A DNA stretch of 64,000 nucleotides from Torpedo marmorata (lineage: Eukaryota): NCBI GenBank assembly GCA_977017645.1, contig OZ360220.1:263004001-263068000 (forward strand), written 5' to 3'. A program made the translations under genes and the position numbers. How positions within the stretch are numbered: position 1 is the stretch's first letter; every line of letters begins with the position of its first letter. Shown here in pieces: positions 24,051-36,600 of this stretch. The notes beneath the pieces were generated by a model, which saw only the letters and a program-made list of their open reading frames with translations, had not been told where the DNA came from and searched no databases.

Positions 24051-25147
24051 GTAAATACCTGCAAAGAGTAGGAATGCAGATGGATCTGGGAAATGACTAC
24101 GAGAAGAAGTGGATGGGAGTCAGGGCACTGTCTTATTTAGCCAATGCCAATTGTGTTTCTAATGATGTCCATCATTTCCCCTGATCCTGCATCACTGTTG
24201 CTCCAGTGCTAAATATCTGTACAGGCAATACTTTGCCAACAATTTTGTCTTGGACAATGAGGCAAAGTGGGCAATACCAAAACAACAACCTACATCTAGT
24301 GGAGTCAAAGGAAAGAAACCCTTAGGAAACAAAAGAAGTGGTCAATTCAATATTGCCCATTTTTGTACTGTAGTTCACATTTCACTTTGATATAGAAGGC
24401 AGCCATACAGACCATCAAGCATAGGCTGGCTCACAGATCAATACCATCAATCTCATTTCACGTACACACACACATCTTTCTCAATGCCCTGCTCATTCTC
24501 CTAGTTCTCTCTTATATTAGGGGAAATTAACAGTTGCAAATTACACTACTAAGCAAATTGACTTTAGGATGTAGGAAGAAACCTCAGCATCAGAGAAGTC
24601 TATGTTGTCACAGGGACAATTTGCGAACTCCATTTAGGCAGCACTGGAGGTTAGAATCGAACCAGAGATGCTGGAGCTCTGAGACAACTGCACTAGCTCC
24701 AGTTCCACAGGGTGCATTGAGCATGGAGGAGCAGGAATTGGTGTTCACTGAGCCCACTGAAGCAATATCATTTAAAATCCTAATTGGGCTTTTCAGGGGA
24801 GAGGGTAGGAAATATATCTGCATGCAGGACAAAGAAATTTAGAACTCACTTCTGCAAATGACATTTGATGATTGGTCAATTGTTAATTTGAAATCTGAAA
24901 CCAATAGATTTTTATTGATTGAAGGTATTAAGGGACATAGGGGCAAACAGATAGAAGGGGCTAGATCACACAACATCCTCAATCAAGGTGAAGTGGGAAG
25001 AGCCTCAAGGGGGGTGGCCTTCTCTTATTCTTCTGTTTTATAGTTGGTAAAGCTGTTGCTATTCTTGCCCCAATGGTTCTGAGGTTTGTTTGGCAGCAGC
25101 TGGACAGTGGAATTGGATCTGTTTAAATGTACAAGAAAAACTTAGCC

Positions 25148-27161
25148 TGGTCAACTAGACAAGGTTGTCCTTTGTCACCTGCATTGTTTATTTTAGCAAT
25201 AGAACCTTTGTCAGAATTAATTAGACAAGATACTAAGATTGCAGGTATTAAAGTTGGAAGAGAAGAGCATAAAATTAGTTTATTTGTAGATGATGTATTG
25301 ATTTATATGACAAAACCTATTACTTCTTTAATACAATTGAATGTTTTATTGAAAGAATATGGGGAAATATCTGGTTATAAGATTAATTCTGATAAAAGTG
25401 AAATTATGGCATTGACACAAGGGGATTATAGTAAATGCAAAGAAATTACACAATTTAAATGGTCAAAGGAAGGAATTAAATATTTGGGAATAAAGATTGA
25501 TACAAAATCAGCTAATTTATATAAATTAAATTATTTACCACTATTTATGAAAATTAAAAAAGATTTAGAAAGTTGGAAGGATTTACCTATAACTTTAATA
25601 GGAAGGGTAAACTGTATTAAAATGAATGTCTTTCCAAGGATTCAATATCTTTTTCAATCAATTCCTTATGAAATTCCTCCGAAATTCTTTAAGGATTTAA
25701 ATTTAATTATTAGGAAGTTTTTGTGGAAAGGAAAGTTGGCTAGAGTAGGTATGGAGAAATTAACTTGGAATTATGAAATGGGTGGTTTACAACTCCCTAA
25801 TTTTCAAAATTATTATAAAGCAGCTCAATTAAAATTTGTTAATGAAATGTTTGATTGAGGAAAATCTTCTGCTTGGATTAGAATAGAATTAAATAATATA
25901 GGAGAAGATTTGAAAGAAGTTATTTATAAATGGAATTCTAAATTATTATTAACAAGAGGGAAGAATTCTCCTATTTTTAAACATTTGTTAGAAATATGGA
26001 ATAGAGTGGATTTACTGTTGATAATCAATTATTTAAAATTTGGTTCCAAAAGGGAATTAAGAAAATAAATGATTGTTTTGAAGCTAGTAAATTTATTACT
26101 TTTCAAAGAATGAAAGAAAAGTTTAATATATTAAACAATACACTTTTTGCTTATTATCAAATCAGAGCATTTTTAGTTGAAAAGTTGGGTTATAGTTTGA
26201 TTTTACCAAGACAAGAGTGAACTGGAATTATGTAAATAAATTTATTTCTCAAATGTATAGATTGTTACAGAGGAAAATGCCTAAATTAGGAATTCACAAA
26301 TCAAGATTAAAATGGGAATCAGATTTGAATGTAACAATAGATGAAGAACATTGGAAAGAATTATGTAAACAAGTATGACGAAGATTATTGATGTTAGATA
26401 TAGATTAGTGCAATATAATTTTTTTCACCAACTATATTTAACACCTAAGAAATTAAAGAAATTTAATCCGACATTATCAGGTTTATGTTTCAGATGTAAT
26501 AGAGAGGAAGGTTCTTTTGCACATTCTACATGATTCTGTCCAAAGATATATGATTTTTGGTTGAAAGTTTAAAATTTTTTAGATAAAGTATTAAGTATTA
26601 CACTTCCAATGGACCCTATGATATTTTTGTTTGGAGATATTAAAAGAATTAGTATTAAGAGTAAATTAAATATGTATCAAATAGAATTTTTGCAAATTGC
26701 TTTAGCTGTTTCTAAGAAATGCATTGCTATTACATGGAAATCTGATGTAGATTTAGGATTAGAAAGATGGCATGCAGAACTTCGTTCAGCTATACCATTT
26801 GAAAAAATTACTTATAAATTATGTAATAAATATCATTTCTTTTTTAAAATATGGAGCCCATATATACAAACTGTTGGTTTAAGGATTTGAAGATCTCTGG
26901 ATATCAGATCTGACTGGCGAACCTATCTTCCACAATAAATTCAGTTTATAGTTGTTCTTTAGATTGACATTCTCCTTACTCTACCTTTTTCTTTTTTTCT
27001 TTCTTTCTTTTCTATTTTAGTAGATTAGTAGGGGTGGGAGGGTTAGGGAGGGGAGGGAGGGAGGGGGGGGTGAAAATGTATCACATGTATTTTGATAATT
27101 TTCCATTTTATATTATGTATTCTGTGATTTAAAAATTTTAAATAAAATATTTTAAAAAAAG
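25148..27161 (+). mobile_element. AT-rich L1-clade LINE, copy 3
   Basis: STRQGCPLSP, LFVDD, KYLG; same 3' UTR as copies 1 and 2; TSD AAGAAA(A/T)ACTTAGCC at 25133-25147 and 27162-27176. Confidence 0.92.
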
Positions 27162-28366
27162 AAGAAATACTTAGCCCCTTGCAGACTCCAGCAAGTTCTT
27201 CCATAGCCACGAGGTAGTTATTGTAGAGAAAATATTTTGTTTGATTCCCTCGGAGGTGGGCACACTTGCAGATCACTAGCATCTCCACTCTAGGCTCATT
27301 CAGCTTCCAACTAGCCTTAACCGAGGGCTAGTGCCAGAGAAGTAAATGGCCAAGCTTTATTCACCGATGCTGGGTGAGCTGCCCCTGGAACCAACATGTC
27401 TTGCCTCAGCTTAAGGACTGAGGTTGAATTTCAAGTTGGACTCCCCCCTCCAACCTCCCTCATTTCTCGTCTGCAGCACAAAGTTAGGCCCAATAAAAGA
27501 TCCATACAATCTTTCTTTTCTAGAAAAACAATCCATCACCCTGGGCATGTTCTCTTCTCGCAGCACTCAAAGTGCTGGAGAAACTGAGCAGGTTATGCTG
27601 CACCCATAGAAAGCACAAGGCATTTGACATTTTGGGCACGAGCCTGAAAAGAAGGGCCTAGGCTTGAAACATCGACGGCCTTGTGCTTTCTTTGTATGCT
27701 TTCTCGTCCTTTTGTATTTTTTTTCTCTTTGGGGCATCTTAATTATAGTTAATTTGTGTTAGTATGTTTCACGTAACTGGGAAGCTGCAACAAGTAAGTC
27801 TTTCATTGCGTCTGTACGTTGTACTTGTGTATATGACAATAAATTATTCGGTTATTCATTTACAAGAGATGTGAAATTAACCATTCCTTTCACAAACAGC
27901 ATTGAAAATAAAGAACTGTGAATATCTTTCTCCCTCTCACAGTCCATGTTAGGAGTTACAGTGCCGAGGATGCCTTGGAACAACGGATCTTTCATCACTC
28001 CGGCCAAATCCCAGAAATTCTAATGGAGCTAATTGCTAATAGACAGAAATGTGCAGGGCTTTACTGCTGCTTCTGTCTCAGGACTCATATCAACTATCAT
28101 CAAATGGAATGTTCATCTGCCAAGAATTCACTGAATCCTTCAGGGAGATTTAACATTTGTGGCTAATTGCTTCCTACACATAATGCTGTTATTGTGTCTG
28201 GTTCTCATAATGCAACTCCCTAAAACAAATATAAATATAAGATTACAATTGACTGTTTTGAATGGGGGCAAAACTTGCATCTGAGCCACACCCAGTGAAA
28301 AACCTTGCATACCTTGTACCGTGGCAAGGATTTAAACAGCCAGAGCATTTAATAGAAATTCAATGT

Positions 28367-29000
28367 GGGTGTGTAGGCTCAGTCATTGAATATATTTAAG
28401 AAAGAGACTGACTCTTGTTGGATATTTGGGAAATCAGGATCACAGGGTTAGTATTAGATAAATAGTTTTAAAATAAAAAATTCTTAATTTCTATTTCTTA
28501 TGATCTCATTTATTGCACAAACAATAATTTCTCTATCACAAAGGTTTCTTTACAAATTAATCTGTAATTTCTCCATTACACAATGACAGAAAAACCCTAT
28601 CCACATACCATGAAGTTCCTCATTACATGAATTTTTAATTTTTCCATGCCACAAATTCTTCATTACATTCACAGATGACACCTCAATTATATATCCAGCT
28701 CTGACTTTCCTTGCAAACACAATGGAATTTCTTTACATACTCATCGCAGAACTCTGTTCACAGCTAATATAGCATTTGGGGAGACTATGCAGAGTCTTCT
28801 CTTGGACTTGCTGGTTTGTAGAGAATTTTCAAAACTTTTGAATTTTAGCTTGAGAATTCAAATTTCACAAATTTAAAAGCAATTCATATCGTGTCCAAAT
28901 TTATCACCCTTGTTGGGATATTTATACAGCATCTAGTACCACTGTGAATCGGAAGCTTTGCTGATGCTATAGTTATGTGCTAAACACATGATTAAGTGCA
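28367..29000 (+). repeat. Local direct duplicate of intronic segment 41803-43619 (pre-insertion state), flanked by a 23-bp TSD
   Basis: Collinear similarity throughout; AGCATTTAA(T/C)AGAAATTCAATGT at 28344-28366 and 29001-29023. Confidence 0.9.
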
Positions 29001-30560
29001 AGCATTTAACAGAAATTCAATGTTTGTTCCTTTCCCCATAACTATATATTTGTTAAAAGCATTGGATAGAAAATTGCCTGTGTACTGATGGGTGCTCTCG
29101 GTTCATACCATGGCTTCAAAGCACTGGAAACCTCCCTGCAGGTTTCCTTCGAGATTCTTGTTCAGTGCCTCAATGCTTTTTTTTTTATATACAAGGTAAA
29201 TGTTTCAGCTCAAAGTGAAAATGTAAAAAAAAAGTCTCAAAAACAAAGCTGAAGATGCTGCAAATCTAAAGCAACAACAAAAAAATCCTGGAAGTAATCA
29301 GCAGGTTTAGCAGCATCTGTGGAAAGAGAAATAGAGAACCCTTTGTTGTTGACCTGAAACTTTAATTCTGATGTTCTTGGAGCTCCTGAGTATTTCCAGA
29401 ACCTTCAAGTTTTGCATAGTATTTTGTTTACACACATGGTTGTGCACAGCCTAATACTTAGTTTGACTGTTGTCACATGTCCCCTCCCTTTGAGTTTCTA
29501 CCATACCAAAGGATATACTTTGGAAGGGTCAATGGGATGGAAAATCAAGCAATACATTCACAATTCTTACAAACATTGGTGGCAAACTAGAACAGTTCCA
29601 TAGAATTGTTGATACACAGGAGTCTGCAGATATTGGAATGTGAAGCGATAAACAATCTGCTGCAAGAACTCAGCGGGTCAATTGGAGAAAATGGATGGTG
29701 GACATTTTGGCATTTCCAGAGGTAGAGGATTGGTAATCCTCTGTCTGTCATGTTTCACCTCTGCTTGGTCTACCAATCCCATATGGGGCCCCTGTCCCAC
29801 CCCTCCCACCCTTTCCTTTTGACTCTGGCTTCTGCACTAATTTCTTCAGTCTTGATAAAGAGCTTTGTCTCAAAACATTGACCATCCTCTTGCTCCCACT
29901 GATGTTGCTTGACCTACTGAGTTCCTCCAGCAGGTTGTATTTAGTTACATAGGGTTGTTCACAGGAAAATCACTAGTGAGTCCGAGCCATCTCTACACAC
30001 AACCTGGGCATGTCACAGATCCTTTTTGACCTCATAATGGGCAAATGTGACATATTTCCAATCACTCTGGAAACAGTTCCACATGATTTTAAAATTGGAA
30101 TCTGGGCAGTTTCAAGGAAATAACTACTAACTGGAAGAGTTTTTACAAAATGCACCAGTAAGATTGCCTATTGTTGGTGAAAGAATCAGGAACAAATAAT
30201 GTAATGAACCAGAAACTGCTGTAAACAGGCAGTGGGTCTGTTAGATGACATGTTGATGTCAGTTCTTACCCTACATCTGAGGAGTTTAGAACTGTCCAAC
30301 TCAGTCTGATCTTATCAAAATAATTTGGTCATTTTTAGTTCATCATCTTTATGATCTTTTTCCTCTTGCACCTTTACAAAGGGCTGCAGTTTTTCTGCAA
30401 ACTCCAGCTGTAACAAAGAGTCGACCTATAAAGTAGTTTCTCTTCACCTCTTTCTATCTGGACCTGCTGTGCATTTCCAACATTTACTTTTTATTTTTTA
30501 TTTCTTCAGGAATAATTAATGTTGCATCCAGCAAATTTGATTGTTTCTTTTGTTCTTTAG

Positions 30561-30663
30561 GTGGACCAGGAGAAGGAAAACTGTTCCCAGGAGATCAGGT
30601 TATAAAGATTAATAATATGCCTCTGGATTCTATTTCCCAGGAACATTTAGATGATATAATCAG
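30561..30663 (+). CDS. FRMPD1: FRMPD1 coding exon B (PDZ), 103 nt, phase 1 to 2
   Basis: ctttag|GT...CAG|gtgatg; translates GPGEGKLFPGDQVIKINNMPLDSISQEHLDDIIR. Confidence 0.93.
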
Positions 30664-32327
30664 GTGATGAACCTTTTTGTACATTCAGTGAGTAGAAAGT
30701 TTTATTTATTACCAGCAACTAAATCAATGGAAATCCTCACCAGAGGACTGGAAGAGAAATGTAAAAGGCCCTTTTTGTGTGGCTTAATATCAAACTCTGT
30801 TTAATAATTGTTTATGTTAAACTACTTAGGACATTTTACTTCAGTAAAAATGATTTTTTAAATGCAAGTTTTGGTTGAACTCCTAAATGGAAGTACTTTG
30901 ATCAAGGAATGCAACAATCTGCCTGTTCAAATATGTCATAATGAGAACTGTAACGATCATGCCTTTATTTATTTATGTGATTATCATCATCACTGTCTAG
31001 GCCTTTTCACTGACTACTCTGAAATGGCTTGCTAGGCCATTGCAGGAAGCAGTGAAGAGTTAACCATGTTGCAGTGGATGAAGAGTAACATAAAGGCCAG
31101 ACTGGGAAAAAGCAATGGATTTTGTTTCTTGAAGGGCATTAGTGAACCGTGTGTTTTTACGACAATTTGATAGTTTCAAGGTTACCTTTGCTGATATCAG
31201 AGTTATTTATTTGAATTTAAATTGTGCAGCTGCTGTGGTGAGATTTGTCTCTTCAGATCGATAGTGCAGGAGTCTGGATAGTAGCCAATAACTTAACCAC
31301 TGACAGAAAACACTGGAAGTTCTTGGCAAGCCAAGAAGCAGCTGCAGTGACAGGAACAGTGGGAACACCTCAGGTCATCAGTACTGGGAATGGCTGGAGA
31401 ATAAACAAGTTATAAGATGCAGAGAAATGTCGGACAAAAGAACAAAAGGGAAGGTTTGTGATGAATGGAAAGAAGAGCCACTAAAAGACAAAACGGATGA
31501 CTGCACGAGGAATTAGAGCGTAGAGGCGATGTATATGTGGAAGAATTATCTGAAATTATCAAAGGAATGGAAGGAAAGTTGGAAATTTGGAATAAAACAG
31601 CTGGAAATTTTCATTATCAAAAATGTTCAATAATATTGAAGCTTGAGGGGTGGAATGTTAAGGTACAGGTTTGCAACAGAAAATGCTACAACATACTTAA
31701 CAAATTAGGCAGTGTTTCTGGAGCTAGACCAGATCAGTTAACTACTGATATTCATTCCAACAGTTTACTCAACTTCTAACTGTATTCTTTACGCACTAAT
31801 GAATCATATATACAATTTAGGAGTCCATTGAGTACAGATCTAATACACTATTATATATTCTGAATTGTCCACACAACCTATTAATTGCTGCATTATATTA
31901 AGAATTGATTTCTCTACTATGTCCTTAGCTAATTCCCCTTTATGAGCTCATTTCAATAGTCATTATATACACTGTGCAAATATTGGTTGCACATTAGTCC
32001 AGAACTTGCTAGGAAATGCCACCAGTTCTGTACGGTACTGCTGAATTACCACTGAACACTGAATTCCTGAACTTGTTGGCTGCACTTTAACACCGGACTC
32101 CTTGTGGATTCTAATTGGAAATGTTCAGTCTGCAGTTTGGCAGCATCTACGAGAAATTAGGAAAGTACAGGAAAGGTAAATACCAAAAAGAAATAAATTT
32201 GTGAATGGAAAAATGAGACAATTGTGACTGATGAAGGAAGTTAAAGCCAAAGTAAAAGCAAAAGAGAGGGCATACAAGGAAGCAAAAATAAGTAGGAAGA
32301 TATTTAAAATTGTTTTTCCTTTCAGAA

Positions 32328-32564
32328 GGGTGGCATGGTTAGCGTAGTGGTTAGTGCAACACTGTTACAGCGTCAGTGACCGGGACCAGGGATCGATCCC
32401 GCGCTGTCTGTAATGAGTTTGTACGTTCTCGCCATGTCTGCGTGGGTTTTCTGCGTGTGCTCTGGTTTCCTCCCACCCTTCAAAATGTTCCAGGGATATA
32501 GGTGTAATTGGGCAGCACAGGCTTGTGGGCCAAAAGGGCCTGTTACCATGCTGTATGTCTAAAT
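32328..32564 (+). mobile_element. V-SINE (HE1-like)
   Basis: A/B boxes, V-core and CR1-like tail; shares diagnostic variants with the SINE at 11429-11684. Confidence 0.85.
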
Positions 32565-33650
32565 AAGTAAATATATAAAGAGTGAAAGAGTAACCAAAGT
32601 AGACATTGGACCAATAGAAAATGATGCTAGAGGAATTGTAATGGGAAACAAGGAGATGGCAGAGGAACTGAATGAATATTTTGGATCAGTCTTCACTGTG
32701 GAAGACATTAGTGGCTTCCACAGTGAAGACTGGCTCTCTCAGAAGAGAAGTGAGTACAGTCAAGATCAGGAGAGAGAAGGCACTTGGGAAGCTAAATGGT
32801 CTAAGGGTAAATAAGAGTGGACCGATGGAATGCACCCTCAGGTTCTGAAGGAGGTAGCTGTAGAGATTGTGGAGGGATTGGTAATGATCTTCCAGGAATC
32901 AATAGATTCTGGCATGGTTCTGGTGGAGTGGAGGATCGCGAATGTCACTCTACTTTTTAAGAAGGGAGCGAAGCAGCAGAAAGGAAATTATAGACCTATT
33001 AGCCTGATGTCAGTGTTGGGAAGCTGTTGGAGTCGATTGTCAAGGATGAGGTTACAGAACACCTGGAGGTGCATGAAAAGATAGGCCCAAGTCAGCATGG
33101 TTTCCTTAATGGAAAAACATGCATGAAAAACATGCATGAAAAACCTATTGCAATTTTTTGAAGAGATCACAAGTAGGATAGACAGGGGAGATGCAGTAGA
33201 TGTTGTGTATTTGGACTTTCAAAAGGTGCCACACGTAAGGCTGCTAAACAAGATGAGAGTCCATGGAATTACATGAACAATACTAGCATGGGTAGAGCAT
33301 TGGCTGGTCAGCAGGAAACAGAGTAGGAATAAAGGGATCCTAGTATGGTTGGCTACCGGTTACCAGTGGTATTCCGCAGGGGTCGGTGTTGGGGCCGCTT
33401 CTTTTTACGTTGTATACACTCCTGTAAATGATTTGGATTATGGAACCAATGGCTTGTGGCTAAATTTGCAGATGATACCAAAATAGGTAGTAGGGCAGGT
33501 GGTGCTAAGGATACAGGAAGGCTGCAGAGAGACTTGGATAAATTAGGAGAATGGGCAAAGAGGTGGCAGATGAAATACAATGTTGGAAAGTGTACGGTCA
33601 TGCACTTTGGTAGAAGAAATAGACGGACAGACTATTATTTAGATGGGAAG

Positions 33651-36600
33651 TGTTACAAATTCAAACCAGCAATGACAGAAGACGCAATGCAAAAGGGGTA
33701 AAATTGAAATTTATATTTATTAAAGACAATTAAACATAATATTTCACAACAATTAACCCCACTATAAACGTCTATAAACACTATTCTTATCTAAAAAGTG
33801 TGTGTGTGTGTGTGTGTGTAAAGCCAAGACCATTACAGTCTGTGCCCAACCCTCATGTAAAAATGGAAAATCTTTCCCCAAATACCCCAGGTCAGTCATA
33901 AAAACAAGTCAGTCCCAAAAATACAGTCCACAAAAATTCACTCTCTGTGTTCAGGGTCCAAATTCAGCTCTGTGTGCTGGCAAGCAGGACTTCTTAACGA
34001 ACGTTGGAGAGAGAGACAATAACTGTTTATGCTTACGAATGCTTGGCTTGCTTTTCTTCTCTGATGACTTTCCCTTCTGGTGTTTTCACAAGGATTGCGA
34101 ATCCAGATCCGTTTTGGATTGAGGCGTATACTTGAATCTCACAGTCTGTTCTTCACAAAAGCTGCTCTCAACTCAGGATTTTGCTGAATCACCAAGGTCT
34201 TGCTTTTGGTCCCAACCTTTTCCACAGGGATGCACAAGCCTGGATTTTTTTATGATTCAAAAGGCTCTGTGTTCTTCTCCCAACCTCTTCTCTGGGATGT
34301 ACAAGCCTGGGTCCTGCTGAGTTCTCCCGCCTTTGCAACTCCAAAACTGCCACTGATTCAATTTTCCATGACTGAACTTTTAAGGCTTCCTGCAGAGAGT
34401 CTCTCTGTCTTTTTTCAAAAATTCAACAACCAAGTATCTCTTTCCACAGTTTGTCTCCCCCTGGTGTCTCTCTCTGGTAAATACAAGAAGTCCTGGGCAA
34501 GTTAACTCTTTCAGTACCAGGTCCCAGTGTGTACTCCAAAAGACTTCATCCTTCCTGCTGACCGTCCGCAGTCCAAATTTTCAGTCATGGTCCATAACAC
34601 CTCCCACCCACAAAGAAAATTTTGGTCTGCAAAAACAAAATTTTGGAAATTGAGGTGTTACAATATAAACAAAACCCACAATGTTCATCCACAAACACAA
34701 AATATGAACTATTTTCATTTATAAAGTTTAACATCTAGAAAGACAATCAACAATTATATTATCTTTCCCTTTTATATGTGTTATTACCAAATCATATTCT
34801 TGCAAAATTAGACTCCAATTCAACAACCGTCGATTCTTATTTTTCATTTTACAAAGAAAAACCAATGGATTATGGTCAGTATACACTATGAGTGGTTTTT
34901 GAGCTGTACAGATATAAACATCAAAGTGTTGTAGAGCCAACACAAGAGCCAACAACTCTTTTTCTATGGTTGAATAATTCCTTTGATGATCATTGAACTT
35001 CTTCGAGAAGTAGGATACTGGATGGTCAATGTCCTCTTTGTTCTTCTTCTGTAACAACACCACGCCCACAGCTTCATCGCTGGCATCCACGGCTAAAGAA
35101 AACGGCTGTTCTAAATTAGGTGACTTAAGCACAGGTTGGTGGCATAACATGGCTTTCAATTTGACAAATGCTTCCTGACAACCTGTAGACCATACAAATT
35201 TTTCTCTCTTTCTAAGCAAATTTGTGAGAGGGAGCGCAAGGTCAGCAAAGTTTTTACAGAACTTGCGGTAGTAGCCAATCATTCCCAGGAGCCTCCTCAG
35301 AGTTTTCTTACCAGTTGGAACAGGGAACTTGGAAATAGTCACAACCTTTGCCTCTACTGGCGCCAACTGCCCCTGTCCTACTACATAACCCAGATAAATA
35401 ACAGTAGCATGTCCAAACTCACTTTTACTGAAATTAACTGTGAGATTTGCTTTGGACAGTCGTTCGAACAATTGTTTTAGCTCAAAGACATGCTCTTCCC
35501 AGGTCTCACTACTTACAATTAAATCATCAATGTAAGCACCTGTGTTTTTCAACCCTTGAATTACTGAATTAATCATTCTCTGAAATGTTCCTGGAGCATT
35601 CTTCACACCAAAAGGCATAACATTATGCTCATACAGCCCAAAAGGTGTTACGATTGCAGAAATCTCCCGAGCCCTTTTTGTCAAGGGAACACACCAGTAC
35701 CCTTTCAATAAGTCAATTTTTGTAAGAAATTTGGCCTTCCCCACCTTGTCTATACAATCGTCTATTCTAGGAATAGGATAAGCATCTGTCTTTGTTACAG
35801 CATTTACTTTCCTATAATCAGTGCAAAACCTAACCGTTCCATCAGGCTTAGGCACTAAAACACAAGGGGAACTCCAATTGGAAGTAGACTTTCAAATGAT
35901 ATTGTTCTTTACCATGTAGTCAATTTCCTGATATACCAGTTTGCACTTTTCTGCATTGATTCGATAGGGATGCTGTTTTATCGGTCTTGCATCTCCTACA
36001 TCCACATCATGATAAGCGATGGAAATTTTCTGAGGCACATCGGGAAATAAATTTATAAATTTCAAAAATAACTGACTCATCTCTTCCTTTTCTGAAGTTT
36101 TCAGATGAGCCAACTTTATCTCCAGATTGCACAAAATCATGGAATTTTCTAACCTCGGGCTTATCAATTTCTGTGTCCCATGACCCTCTCTGAAACTGGT
36201 TTTATCTGTCTCCTCCTTACCCTGATCAATAACCAGCACCTCTGGTAAATGTTCAGTCTCTGTGCGGCACCTGTTCAAAATATGGCTTAATCATATTCAC
36301 ATGACAGACCTCTGTGTCTCGTCTGCTATTAGGTGTTTCTATGACATAGGTGACATCATTAATTTTTGACTTAACTCTATAGGGTCCTGAAAATCTAGCC
36401 CTAAGAGGATTTGAATGGATGGGAAACAGAATTAATACGTTCTCACCAGGTTTAAAAGTTCTCATCTTAGCCTTTCGATCATACCAAACCTTCATTCTCT
36501 GTTGAGTGGCCTTTAAATTCTCCTTTGCCATCTCACAAGTCCTATGCAACCGATCCTTAAATTTGGAAAGAATCTAACAAATTTAAATGCACATCACTAT

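Noticed and set aside
23810-24184. Single 124-aa ORF as a standalone gene (likewise 51467..51709)
   Set aside because: Only the splice-bounded parts match FRMPD1; the rest is intron read-through.
28367-29000. Local duplicates as assembly or haplotype artefacts
   Set aside because: The copies are clearly diverged, carry independent later insertions, and one has a TSD.
34600-34727. env-like gene in the Gmr1 element
   Set aside because: Only ~130 bp lie between the pol stop and the LTR.
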